Positions 13,794 to 29,560 of a stretch of 64,000 nucleotides of DNA are shown here, in pieces (positions within the stretch are counted from its first letter, which is position 1; every line of letters begins with the position of its first letter). Source of the DNA: Eledone cirrhosa. Lineage: Eukaryota. Under the pieces are notes generated by a model that was not told the origin of the DNA, made no database searches, and worked only from the letters and a program-made list of their open reading frames with translations. A program made the translations under genes and the position numbers. The stretch covers positions 239,568,001-239,632,000 of the forward strand of contig OZ024740.1 of NCBI GenBank assembly GCA_964016885.1. Reading direction: 5' to 3'.

Positions 13794-13880
<87 letters not shown>

Positions 13881-15528
13881 TTGATTAAAAAAGCGGTTAG
13901 ACATAAGTCCAACCAGGGAACAACAAAACCAAGCGAGACATTGGAAGGATGGAGTGGAGATCACAGCAATAAATACATAAATATGGATTGCGAGGGACGA
14001 AGGTGTGTGGTTACTGATAACTAGTGTTAGAAAAGTAAAAGGACACAAACAAGAGATGGACATTTTCCCTTCATCAGTTGTCTACATGCGCTCAAACATC
14101 TATGGCCCGTAGTAGACAACTGATGAAAGGAAAATGTCCATCTCTTGTTTGTGTCAAAATATATTCTCATATAATAGTTGGTTTTGACTGAGTAGAAAGA
14201 CGCTTGGAGACAGTCAGTCGAACTGTACCAGCACCTATGATGATAAACATGCAAGATAGGGAAAAGTGTTTACAGTCAGGCTTACTGTATATTTAATAGA
14301 CGTATGTATGTATGGACACGTAACTCCTAATGGAGTCGTAGAGGCACTTTGGTGACATCTGTATATCTTGGGCACTTTAAACCTCGCGGAGCTCATCCCC
14401 CTCTCCAAGTTTCAATATAGCCGATTTCTTCCACAGAAGGAGTATGCGGGAGAGTGAAAGAAAGAAAGGAGCGAGAAAAAGATATAGAGGAAGAGTCGAC
14501 CCCCAGTACTGGACGGGTACGTTTTTATCGTCCTCTAAAGAATGAAAGGCAAAGTTGGCGTCAGCGAGATTTGAACTCAGAGAATTCAGAGAACCGGAAT
14601 GAATGCTGCTAAGCATTTTATCCCTCGTTTTAATGACTCTGTCGATTCGCCGCCAACATATTTAATGATTAAGGTTTTTTAGAGTTAGGATCATGTGTTT
14701 GAAAATAAATCCCTTATTTTAAAAGGGTGGTGAAATTGGAGAGTTTCAAACAGTGTGAGAAGTCCAAATGTTATAAGTCCTGACCCTCACACTCTAATCA
14801 ACAGATAATACAACAGACTAAATACATTGCAGTTTTCAACTGCAATGTATTTAGTCGTTGGCGCTTTCATTTATCCCTCGGTGACAGTTAATAAAAATAT
14901 TCACAGCATGTACTGGAGGTGATTTAATTGACTATAACCCTTTCTGTTAATTTCTCATTTTAGGTTAATATAAAGTCATTACAAACAAAAATCTTGGAAT
15001 CTAAAATAAGTTTATTATAATTAATCAATATTATAATGAAAGATGTCATTACCCATCTGTCACTCAAACACTGGCAATTAAATAGTTCCTTTTATTGCTT
15101 TCATTGTTTTCTGAATTCAATATTACATCTGTCAACAATTATTATATGTATATGTATGCACTAGGTCAGGTCACAGACTAGTGTTATTGGGATCATGACA
15201 TCCAGTTTTACCTGTTGAAGGATCCGTTTGTCGGTGACTAAACCCACACCACCACTAAGCGTATCTATTGTGGTGTTGTTAGAATCCCNNNNNNNNNNNN
15301 NNNNNNNNNNNNNNNNNNNNNNNNNNNNNNNNNNNNNNNNNNNNNNNNNNNNNNNNNNNNNNNNNNNNNNNNNNNNNNNNNNNNNNNNNNNNNNNNNNNN
15401 NNNNNNNNNNNNNNNNNNNNNNNNNNNNNNNNNNNNNNNNNNNNNNNNNNNNNNNNNNNNNNNNNNNNNNNNNNNNNNNNNNNNNNNNGGAAAAGAGAGT
15501 TAATCCAAAAAAGAGTGAGAGAGAGAGA

Positions 15529-15583
<55 letters not shown>

Positions 15584-16988
15584 TTGATTAAAAAAGTGGT
15601 TAGACATAAGTCCAACCAGGAACAACAAAACCAAGCGAGACATTGGAAGGATGGAGTGGAGATCACAGCAATAAATATATAAATATGGATTACGAGGGAC
15701 GAAGGTGTGTGGTTACTGATAACTAGTGTTAGAAAGTAAAGGGACACAAACAAGAGATGGATATTTCCCTTCATCAGTTGTCTACATGCGCTCAAACATC
15801 TATGGCCTGTAGTAGACAACTGATGAAAGGAAAATGTCCATCTCTTGTTTGTGTCAAAATATATTCTCATATAATAGTTGGTTTTGACTGAGTAGAAAGA
15901 CGCTTGGAGACAGTCAGTCGAACTGTACCAGCACCTATGATGATAAACATGCAAGATGGGGAAAAGTGTTTACAGTCAGGCTTACTGTATATTTAATAGA
16001 CGTACGTATGTATGGACACGTAACTCCTAATGGAGTCGTAGAGGCACTTTGGTGACATCTGTATATCTTGGGCACTTTAAACCTCGCGGAGCTCATCCCC
16101 TCTCCAAGTTTCAATATAGCCGATTTCTTCCACAGAAGGAGTATGCGGGAGAGTGAAAGAAAGAAAGGAGCGAGAAAAAGATATAGAGGAAGAGTCGACC
16201 CCCAGTACTGGACGGGTACGTTTTTATCGTCCTCTAAAGAATGAAAGGCAAAGTTGGCGTCAGCGAGATTTGAACTCAGAGAATTCAGAGAACCGGAATG
16301 AATGCTGCTAAGCATTTTATCCCTCGTTTTAATGACTGTCGATTCGCCGCCAACATATTTAATGATTAAGGTTTTTTAGAGTTAGGATCATGTGTTTGAA
16401 AATAAATCCCTTATTTTAAAAGGGTGGTGAAATTGGAGAGTTTCAAACAGTGTGAGAAGTCCAAATGTTATAAGTCCTGACCCTCACACTCTAATCAACA
16501 GATAATACAACAGACTAAATACATTGCAGTTTTCAACTGCAATGTATTTAATCGTTGGTGCTTTCATTTATCCCTCGGTGACAGTTAATAAAAATATTCA
16601 CAGCATGTACTGGAGGTGATTTAATTGACTATAACCCTTTCTGTTAATTTCTCATTTTAGGTTAATATAAAGTCATTACAAACAAAAATCTTGGAATCTA
16701 AAGTAAGTTTATTATAATTAATCAATATTATAATGAAAGATGTCATTACCCATCTGTCACTCAAACACTGGCAATTAAATAGTTCCTTTTATTGCTTTCA
16801 TTGTTTTCTGAATTCAATATTACATCTGTCAACAATTATTATATGTATATGTATGCACTAGGTCAGGTCACAGACTAGTGTTATTAGGATCATGACCTCC
16901 AGTTTTACCTGTTGAAGGATCCTTTTGTCGGTGACTAAACCCACACCACCACTAAGCGTATCTATTGTGGTGTTGTTAGAATCCCACC
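13705..16988. repeat. Near-identical tandem duplication (~13705-15288 and 15489-16988) across an assembly gap
   Basis: The two sides match with few SNPs/indels; the first copy ends exactly at the N run. Confidence 0.9.
15289..15488. other. Assembly gap (200 N)
   Basis: Run of n characters. Confidence 1.
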
Positions 16989-17192
16989 AGGACCAAAATA
17001 AACCTCTTAAACGAACATTCACCAATGGGTCAACAGATGTGTAGCTGAGCTGGTAGTATCCTCAACAAGACGATGTGAAAAATTACGACACATACTCTTG
17101 TGATAGGAGGGGAGAAGATATATATATATAATCGGGGTAAAATATAGAGCAACTAAGCAATAGAAGAGAAGGAGGACCCGCATGCGTCACAG

Positions 17193-17377
17193 ATAATTGT
17201 TTCTACTTTTGGCACAAGGCCAGCAATTATCCCAGTACATTACTGGTACTTTATTTTATCGACCCCGTAAGGATGAAAGGCAAAGTTAACCTCGACGGGA
17301 TTTGAACTCAGATCGTAAAGGGACGTAACTATGCTGGAAAGCATGTCCGACCCTCCACCGATACTGCCAATTCACCT
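17193..17377 (-). mobile_element. tRNA-derived SINE, dominant family (diverged or partial copies also ~10150-10295, 14500-14655, 16200-16352, 19160-19305, 31190-31340, 34797-34870, 40470-40622)
   Basis: Shared body gagttcaaatcccgccgaggttgactttgcctttcatccttacggggtcgataaaataaagtaccag and AT-rich tail. Confidence 0.85.
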
Positions 17378-18109
17378 ACAAAGTTAGCAGTTCAAATCTC
17401 ACCGAAGGTTATGTTTCCATTTATCCCTTGGTGGCGGTAAATAAAAATGCTCGTAGCATGTACTATAGGAGATTCACTTTATACTAATAACATAAATAAT
17501 CGTTATTGACGCAAACAAACACTTGAATCTAGAACAGTTTTAATATATATTATAATGACTCTGTCCATCTGTCACCCAAACACAGAATTAAATCGTTCAT
17601 TTTGCTGCTTTCGTTGATGGCAAAATTCGTTGTTACATCCCGTCAACAGCATTCTCTCTCTTTCCTCCTCGCACTCACCATCTATGCCCCAATCTCTCCT
17701 CTCTCAATCTTTCTCGGTATATATATTTGTCAACCACTTAGGCAGTGGTCTATGAAGTGTCTGAAGGAGATTTGACAAAAGATCTTGCGTAAAAGTGAGT
17801 TTAATGGAAATTTATTATAGGCAAGGTGGAAGTAACTCTGTGATGAAATGTTTACCCGTTTCGTCTACCTGGATAAAAGGCAAAATATTTATGTCTTACA
17901 ATTACATTGGATGTGTGGAGGAGGACAATTGGAGATAAGATGAAGAAGATAAGAACAGGGTACGGTTTAAAATGGATGTATGTTCTAATGTTCTTGATTA
18001 TGTCAGGGTATTTATAAAGTGCGATGTTTTTAGAAAGGAGAAAGTAAGAAAATATTAATAGTTGGAGGGATGTATGAAAATGGAGAATAATATTTAAAGT
18101 GAATTTTGT

Positions 18110-18640
18110 AGCTGTATATCTCGCGGCTGAGATGCAAACAGCTCTTGAGAACCTCATTCTTGGAGTTGCTCTATTCATTTGATGATTTATAGCCCTTGAG
18201 AATTCTGGTGCAATGCGAACGTTTCCTTGATGCGTTGGTGTATGAACTAGCTATTTCTAGTATTCCCTATTTTATTACACTGGGAATATCTCTGCACTTC
18301 AATTCCCACGCATGCTTTGTAATAGCAGTAGCTGTTTTCATTCCATGGTGTCTGAAGAATGAGACATGCGAGGAAAACTTTTGTTTACACTTGCATTGTA
18401 TCATACACTCATATCTGTTTCTGCTTACGACTTTGTTGGTGTTCGCAGATGTAATTTCTGTTACATATATTATGGACTTCATGTTGCAGAAGGCAATATT
18501 TTTTTATCCTGAAAGAGTACTCTGATACCCATTTGGGTGAATGTCTCATAGTTATCACCGAGTTCATGAAATGGCCGCATGAATAACAGATCTTAACGAA
18601 TGCTTACTAAAGATCCTACTATATGTGTGCTGTGGTGGAG
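18110..18640 (-). pseudogene. Decayed PLE GIY-YIG fragment
   Basis: KSIIY..KQKFSSHVSFFRH..KTATAITKHAWELK..ILEIASSYTNASRKR resembles the PLE endonuclease C-terminal pattern. Confidence 0.65.
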
Positions 18641-18980
18641 GGAATGCTTATCTGTTAATACTAGTAATTTTTTGTTTTTTCATTGATGAAGTAAGGTAGC
18701 TAGTTGGAAAATATTATGTGATATGAATGTACATATTCGGCAAAATATGAATCTCTTACAATGGAACAATATACCTTCTGCGATACTCTTGTACTGATAT
18801 ATCCTCTCAAAGAATAGAACTGCATGTTTAACCCTTACTCTCTAGTGGTTTAGAGTTAGTCCTTAGGTTTAACTGTATCAGTGATCAAAGAATTAATCTC
18901 TTGAACATACAAGTACTGTCAACCACCTACTAATCACTGCGGAAAGAAAGTGATCTTGCACGGATTTTAGTCGAACTTTG

Positions 18981-19045
<65 letters not shown>

Positions 19046-19077
19046 TATGTGTGTGTGTGTATGTGTGTGTGTATGTA

Positions 19078-19130
<53 letters not shown>

Positions 19131-19769
19131 CTTGTGGTATTAAATCTGGTTCATTCTATACTGAGTTAAAATCCTGTCGGGGTAAACTTCCCCTTTCATC
19201 GAATTGGAATCGATAAAATAAAGTACCTATCAAGTACTAGAGTTGATTTAATCAACTTTCCCCCACACCCAAAATGTCTGGCCCTGTGGCTAATGTAGAA
19301 ATAATTAATATACACTACCTATGAGATTGAGCTCGGTTGTATATGTTTCATCATTCTGTCATTCTTCATTCCTTTCTTGATAAACCCGAACCCGAGTAGT
19401 TTTTGTTTCATGAGATATATTGGAATGCCTTTGGATCACTTAGTAAAATTTCATAAAGATTCTTTGAGAAATGATGAGATTGTTTTAAGATGAACGAACA
19501 AAACTTCATACATATACATATTTATGTAGATGTGATTGTGTGTGCGCACCCGTGTGTGGGGGACATTCCAAAATAACGCACGGAAATGTCAAATATAATA
19601 GTAAATGTACTTTAACTACAGATGAGAGTAAAAAGCTCACATAGCGAATTTCATGTGATTTGTAACAATGAAGCAAAATTACTCTTTGTTGTATACAATA
19701 GAAAAGACTAACATAACACTGGACAGGGAAAAGAATATGTGACAACTCAAAATATATAAACAACGTTTA

Positions 19770-20284
19770 TCTATATATATAAAACTGTGGTTGTCTGTCT
19801 GTCTATCGATTTTCGGCACACATCTCCTCTTAGAATCTCTCACGGAATTGCACCGAAATTGCTATACTTGTACATTGAGCCCTAGCGAAGACATCGGAAA
19901 AAAAAATTTCAAATTGACCCGCCCTATGTGACGAAATCGAATATAATGTATCGATTTTTGAGCGTAAGTTATCAGTTATTTCCCTTTGTTCTGTTTACAT
20001 TGAGCGTCTTACGTAAAAAATTACGCTGGCTTTCTCAGTCTTTGTTAATAAATAACCAGTGCAGTTTCTATCCCCAGCATCCTCTTTTGTTATAACATTC
20101 GGGTTATAGTTATGTTTTCTTAACTTCATAAGGCATATTGTTGGTTGAGGGAATATTAATCAAAAACACCACATGCAAATCTGCACAGTAGACACTACAG
20201 TTTTTAAGCCAAGAAAGAAACTTAACATTGTAACTTTAACACAGCTACTGAGCGACCCCGAGCAACGCCGGGCTTTACTGCTAG
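19770..20284 (+). mobile_element. Non-autonomous Helitron
   Basis: 5' TCTATATATATAAAA, 3' hairpin cccg-agcaacgc-cggg then CTAG, inserted between A and T. Confidence 0.8.
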
Positions 20285-20519
20285 TATCAGATAAATCTGT
20301 GCCAGTTTCGTTAAATACATATACAAACGCAGGTATTAGAGTGTGGTCAAGAAGTTTTCCTCTCAACAACATGGTTCTGGGTTCAGTTCCACGGCGCAGA
20401 ACTTTGGAAAAGTAGTAGGCCAACGCCTCGTGAATGGAATCATTTTTAGATGGAAACTGCTGAAGCCCACCGTATATAAATATTATGGAGAAAAGTTCTC
20501 CCCGTTTTTCAAAGTGTTT

Positions 20520-21500
20520 ATTGGCTTCGACGTTTTTAGCATTAGAAAAATTTTACAGGTCAAAATAATCGCCATCATTTGCGATTACCGTTTAGGAAGG
20601 CACATGATTCCATCCCTGTAGAATTCGTCTGACTTCGATACAAAGAATTTCGTCAACCAATGATTTAACTGGTCTTCATTGGCGAAGGCCTTTAGCTGCA
20701 TTGCATTGGTCACTGAGAAAACGGTGATAGTCTGTAGGTGCGAGGTCTGATAAATACAGTGGGTGGGGCAGAACCTCCCAACCTAACTCCAGCAGCTTCT
20801 CACGGGCCATACTTAATGTAAGCGGTCGAGCATTATGAAGAAGAAATCGAACAGGACTATGGTGTAGGCGCTCACGCGCGATTTTCGATGCGAATCTGTC
20901 GAGTTGTTGGCAATAGACATCAGAGTGTATGCTGGTGTTTGGTGGGATCAGCTCGTAGTATATGACATCTTCCCAGTCCCACCAAACGTTCAGTAGGGCC
21001 TTGCGAGGATGGAAGCCAGTCTTTGCTTGCAGTTGAATTGAATTATCTTTATCAACCTACGAGCACTTGCGCTTGATGTTAATGTAGATACACTATTTTT
21101 CATCAGCAGTGCCAATGGGACGTTACCAGTGATTGTGTGATGGTAGGAGAGCAGAGAAGGCGCAGTTGCCACCTGGCATTTATCATTATAGTCAGTAAGA
21201 TTATGGGGCACCCATTGGTCTAGCTAGGACATGTTCCCTATTGCATACAATTGATTGCGGATGGTTGTTTGCGATGTCCCAAGCTCTTCGGAGAGTCGAC
21301 GTCATGTCTGGCGTGGGTCGGTTTGAACCAGCTCACGGACATGCGTGTCATTGAAGTCGGATGGATATCCTTCGCGAGGTCTATTTTCAAGGCTGTAATC
21401 ACCGGAACGGAAGCGTGTGGACCAGTCCCTGGCACTGCGTTCAGAGATTCACTTAGACCAGATTTGAAATGATAAATAAAGAGCCAAGAATAAATGGTTT
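20520..21500 (-). pseudogene. Decayed mariner transposase
   Basis: Minus strand PHPLYLSDLAPTDYHRF (YSPDLAPSD motif) and FFVSKSDEFYRDGIMCLPKR. Confidence 0.8.
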
Positions 21501-21560
21501 GGAAAGATCCCTGATGATTCCTCCCTGGCTGCGTAACAGAAATGTACATAGTGCATACAT

Positions 21561-21641
<81 letters not shown>

Positions 21642-21674
21642 GTATATACGTATACATACATATATACTTATATA

Positions 21675-21760
<86 letters not shown>

Positions 21761-21778
21761 CGTATACACACATATATA

Positions 21779-21852
<74 letters not shown>

Positions 21853-21855
21853 CGT

Positions 21856-21924
<69 letters not shown>

Positions 21925-21931
<7 letters not shown>

Positions 21932-22900
21932 GTATATATGTATGTATACGTACATACATATATGTATACAAACGTACAGTAGTATGTATATATATACATA
22001 CATGCACACATATATATATATGTGCACGTATCGGTTTACCGAACATTTATTATAATGCTCGGTTTATTTGTAAACAAACAAACAGCCTGAATTACGCCGT
22101 ACAGTGTTTAGGCAACCACGTCACCTTTTTGTTCAACACTGACACAGGAACGATGTACTAGTTTCAAGCTTATTAGCTATCGTCAGCATCGTATACCTTC
22201 CTGCCAGATGGTTCAACATCTGAAAGTATATACTTTCCTTATGCATATTAGCGGCTGTACGGCATAATTCGGGTTGTTTGTTTGTTTACAAACAAACTGA
22301 GCATTATAATAAATGTTCGGTAAACCGATACGTGCATATATATATGTGTGCATGTATGTATATATATACATACTACTGTACGTCTGTATACATATATGTA
22401 TGTACGGATACATACATACATACTTACATTTAAGTAAGTACCGTACTAAAAACTAGAAATGGAATTTCGTTTCATTCTATCCCATTTATCGTTTTCGGTA
22501 CGCCCGGCCGACTAAACTCACTCAATATGCAAATTAGGCTGCTCAGCCGTTAATATGCATAAGGAAAGTATATACTTTCAGACGTTCAACCATCTGGCAG
22601 GAAGGTATACAATGCTGACGATAGCTAATAAGCTTGAAACTAGTACATCGTTCTTGTGTCAGTGTTGAACAAAAAGGTGACGTAGTTGCCTAAACACTGT
22701 ACGGCATTATAATAAATGTTCAGTAAACCGATACGTGCATATATATATGTGTGCATGTATGTATACGTGCATATATATATGTGTGCATGATACATACTAC
22801 TGTACGTCTGTATACATATATGTATGTACGTATACATACATACTTATATTTAAGTAACTGCCGTACTAAGAGTGAGAAATGAAATTTCATTTCATTCTAT
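21925..22900. mobile_element. Rearranged inverted copies of an HHR-bearing short element (related sequence at 1-160 and 11830-11960)
   Basis: 22030-22250 is the reverse complement of ~22545-22740; flanked by (TA)n. Confidence 0.8.
22150..22192 (-). ncRNA. Minimal type I hammerhead (inverted copy 22610-22650 on +)
   Basis: acgatg CTGACGA t agct aata agct t GAAA CTAG TA catcgt. Confidence 0.85.
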
Positions 22901-23099
22901 TCCATATATATATATATGCAGTCGCATCCTCCAACATTTCCAGAAAACTCTTCCAAAATATTGTTATATTTGATGAGGGTATATGTTGTATTAATATTGC
23001 CAAGTAATATTATCACATCAAAAACTTTGCAAAACAAATAAATCGTCTACCAAAATACCCGCTTCTGATAAATGGCAGGAAATATCTGTCCAACCCAAT

Positions 23100-25718
<2,619 letters not shown>

Positions 25719-26280
25719 AATGTATGTGCGTGTGTGCGTGTGTATTTATGTTTGTGTCTGCGTTTCTGTTTATATCCCGCAATGTATGGAGTCAACAAAA
25801 ATGGTAACGATAAAATAAGTGGCAGACTTGAATATAACAATAAATGACCACTGTTTTCGATATGTTGTACTAAAGCTATAGCGGTGTCCCAGAATGGCCG
25901 CTGTCAACTGACTGAAAAAGTAGAAAGAGTAAAAGAATAGAATTATATTCATACGTATTTAATCCTGTTATGGAGGGCCTTTTCGGTAGATTAGAGGCAG
26001 GCTTAAGCAGGCCGGTTTCATTGTCATTAACAATACATCAGTATTCGCCCACCGCTCCTTCTCAAATTGCTGAAGATAGTAGTGAAGACTACTTTTTAAA
26101 ATGAATACAAGTACCTACCTACAATTATTTGCATAACGAACTCATTATGCGACTTTCTATTAATTAGGTTACGACTTACATTACTATATTATAGTGTATG
26201 ATATGTTATGTACCGTTCTAGCATCTCCCGTGACAACCAATTTCTAATTCATAGTCTCTTGGGTCCAGGAATGCATGTTT

Positions 26281-26471
26281 GAGACCCGCCAACCTCTAAA
26301 AACCAAACTGGGTATACCATGAAAAAGCGTTCCCAAAATGGGGAGAAATGAGGGAAAATAGGGAGATTTTACATCATGATTTTACATCATTTTCACAAAA
26401 ACGGGGGACCTGAAGAAATCAGCCCAAAACGGTAAGATCTCCCCGTCGGACGGAGAGAGTTGACAGATCTG
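26281..26471. mobile_element. Possible hAT-like MITE
   Basis: Imperfect terminal inverted repeats agacccgccaac / gttgacagatct. Confidence 0.35.
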
Positions 26472-27064
26472 ATGTTTGGTCAAGATGGACACAAGCATGG
26501 CTGATTGGTTAAGAGGATTTCACAGCAATTGCATTGTTTCGAGTTTAATCTGGTTGTGTGACAACTTAGGTTAATGTCTTCTACTAAAGCGTCGGTTAGC
26601 TCAATGTCTTCTAGAATGACATATACACAATCTGTCACTCAGTTAAACACTATCCGCTAGTAAGCATAAGTCTGTGAAAAATGTTCTTCAAACCAGTTAC
26701 GGAGGACCTAAAAAGAAAATCGGTTGACGTCCATGTATTGCTAGTTTTATGTTACAAATTGAGTAAAACAATACGTAGTGTATATATCACAGTACGATTT
26801 TATCCAAACATAATTATAATATTGTCAATATTTAATACCTACAACTTACATCGACCAATATAATCCAGTGTAAATGTCTGACTTCTTACAAATAACAAAC
26901 CTTAGAACAACTACTCACGTATATACAATGTGTACATCTCTCTAATATTATCTAGCTGTCCGTAAGTAACCTAATGGCCAGTCGATATGTACAGAAAATC
27001 AGTATCCAAAATGTATGTAATCCCACACCAGATTAATTATCGATTGTTCAACTTGTCTATCCGA

Positions 27065-27119
<55 letters not shown>

Positions 27120-27753
27120 TATATATATATATATGTAATATATATATATGTAATATCACTAACTACCGACTTACCTACCTGCTATTTTATTTGTATTTCT
27201 ATATTGATATTATTCAACTGTGTCAATCTGAAATATTGATGTATGAAACACAGTAAACTTAAAGGCTTACGTCAACAGAAGGCAACTAGAAAACGAGAAA
27301 ATGTTAGTAAATATTGAGTAACCACTCTAAACAATCGGTTCTGCAATAAGTACATATTTGGCGATATCTACCTGCATCGTCTAAAATTTCAACTGGTTTG
27401 TAACACAAATAGCTCGATAGCGTGCATCTATTATTTGTTGGGAGATAAGTTTAAAACCATATTTGGTCAGATTTTATAAATATAAGTAGTCGAACAGTCT
27501 TAGTCTTTACTTGATTGTTTCACTAACATACACACATATGAACATACGTGCACACACAGAAATGCACATATGCATACATAATGTATACATGAATGTATGC
27601 AAACTCATTGGGACTTAAATAAAGAGTTACCTGCTAAGCGTTATACACTTCTCACATGAAGCATCCCATTTACATATATTCTTATATTCAGACACACGCA
27701 GATACATGCACTCATATATATTTCAATATGTTAATACACACCTATGCACTCAT

Positions 27754-27788
<35 letters not shown>

Positions 27789-27893
27789 CATATATATATG
27801 TACACACTCATGTATGTATATATACTCATATATATACTCACATATATATATATATATATATAGTAATAATATATATATATATATAGTTTTATA

Positions 27894-27928
<35 letters not shown>

Positions 27929-27979
27929 AGTTTTAATATAGATATATATATATATATATAATATATATATATATATATA

Positions 27980-28160
27980 GTTTTAATATAGATGAGATTC
28001 TACAGGACTAGAACTGTTTCATTCTTTAGAAATCATCAGGAATCTCATGATTCCTGATGATTTCTAAAGAATGAAACAGTTCTAGTCCTGTAGAATCTCA
28101 TCTATATTAAAACTTGTATAGTCTGCTATGTATTGAGTACCTTACTTACTGTGGTTATCT
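27980..28160. mobile_element. Fold-back short element with two back-to-back hammerheads (27993-28047 minus, 28049-28097 plus); same family at 12130-12255 and 60862-61047
   Basis: tgagattc CTGATGA t ttc taaa gaa t GAAA cag ttctagtc ctg TA gaatctca; flanked by (TA)n. Confidence 0.85.
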
Positions 28161-28223
28161 ACATACACACACACGAACACACACACACACATATATATAT
28201 ATACACACACATATATATATATG

Positions 28224-28308
<85 letters not shown>

Positions 28309-28332
28309 CATATATATATATATATATATATA

Positions 28333-28380
28333 GTACCAATTCACCCCCAACGGTCTGCGCAGGCGCAGGTCCATACGTAC

Positions 28381-28444
<64 letters not shown>

Positions 28445-28492
28445 GTACGTATGGACCTGCGCCTGCGCAGACCGTTGGGGGTGAATTGGTAC
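28333..28492. repeat. ~50-bp inverted repeat centred on a (TA)n tract
   Basis: agtaccaattcacccccaacggtctgcgcaggcgcaggtccatacgtacg and its reverse complement. Confidence 0.9.
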
Positions 28493-28592
28493 TCACAGGA
28501 AAACGGATGAAGAACCCAAAAGCACACACTTCGTCCGTTCCATGTCGATTCAATTTGGATTGCCTCGGAAACATAACCTTATTATGTAACAA

Positions 28593-28666
28593 GCTGTCTG
28601 ACGATGTCGCGACACTGGCACACAGAACAGTGTGGTCACTGTTGTCATTGAAATATATATCACAGC
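28593..28666 (+). ncRNA. Type I hammerhead with extended stem II
   Basis: gctgt CTGACGA [long hairpin] GAAA TATATA TC acagc. Confidence 0.75.
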
Positions 28667-28679
28667 ATTATTATTAACA

Positions 28680-28993
28680 AATCCCGCCGAGGTTGACTTT
28701 GCCTTTCATCCTTACGGGGTCGATAAAATAAAGTACCAGTAATGCTCTGGGGTAATTGCTGGCCTTGTGCCTAAAGTAGAAACAATTATTATTAAAAGGG
28801 CGGTGGATTGGCAGTATCGGTAGAGGGTCGGATGCCATGCTTTGAGGTATAGAGTTACGGCCCTTGCCATTCTGAGTTCAAATCGCGCCGAGGTTAACTT
28901 TGCCTTTCATCCTTACGGGGTCGATAAAATAAAGTACCAGTAATGCACTGGGTAATTGCTGGCCTTGTGCCAAAAGTAAAAACAATTATTATT
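28680..28993 (+). mobile_element. Two tandem SINE copies (partial 28680-28793, full 28798-28993)
   Basis: A box tggcagtatcgg, B box gagttcaaatc, tail aacaattattatt. Confidence 0.88.
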
Positions 28994-29111
28994 AAAAGAC
29001 TTGAACATCTGAAACTACTTCGCTTTTCCTTATTCGATATTTACTCCGTCACTCCTATGTGGAATAAGTACGTTGAGTGCTTGAATTGAATTGCATCAAT
29101 ATTTACCCTAA

Positions 29112-29169
<58 letters not shown>

Positions 29170-29255
29170 ATGTATATATATATAAGAAATAAATATCGAT
29201 TTTTACAAAAACAATATAAAAAAAGTTATAAAGATAGCTTAAGTTAAACACACCT

Positions 29256-29294
<39 letters not shown>

Positions 29295-29469
29295 CAGTTG
29301 CTATAGCTGCAGAGATACTTCATCATATATCAAAGGAACGAAGCCATTGTAATCTCGCACAACACTAGAAGGTTTTCATGACATTAATGTTAAATATTGA
29401 GGACATCTCCATTTTAACAAACAACGAACGACTTCCAGTCTACTTTCCATCGTCGTGGAATTCGTTGTC

Positions 29470-29504
29470 ATTATACTCATCTTCATCTTCGTCGTCATCA
29501 TCAC

Positions 29505-29535
<31 letters not shown>

Positions 29536-29560
29536 TTCGTCATCATCATTATCATCATCG
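29470..29560. repeat. (CAT)n microsatellite
   Basis: Directly visible. Confidence 0.95.

Noticed and set aside
13705-16988. 1.5-kb tandem duplication as a biological event
   Set aside because: It straddles a fixed-size 200-N gap; most likely an unmerged contig or haplotype overlap.
21238-22055. Many [16 protein letters not shown] ORFs here and across the window
   Set aside because: Translations of dinucleotide microsatellites with no domain content.
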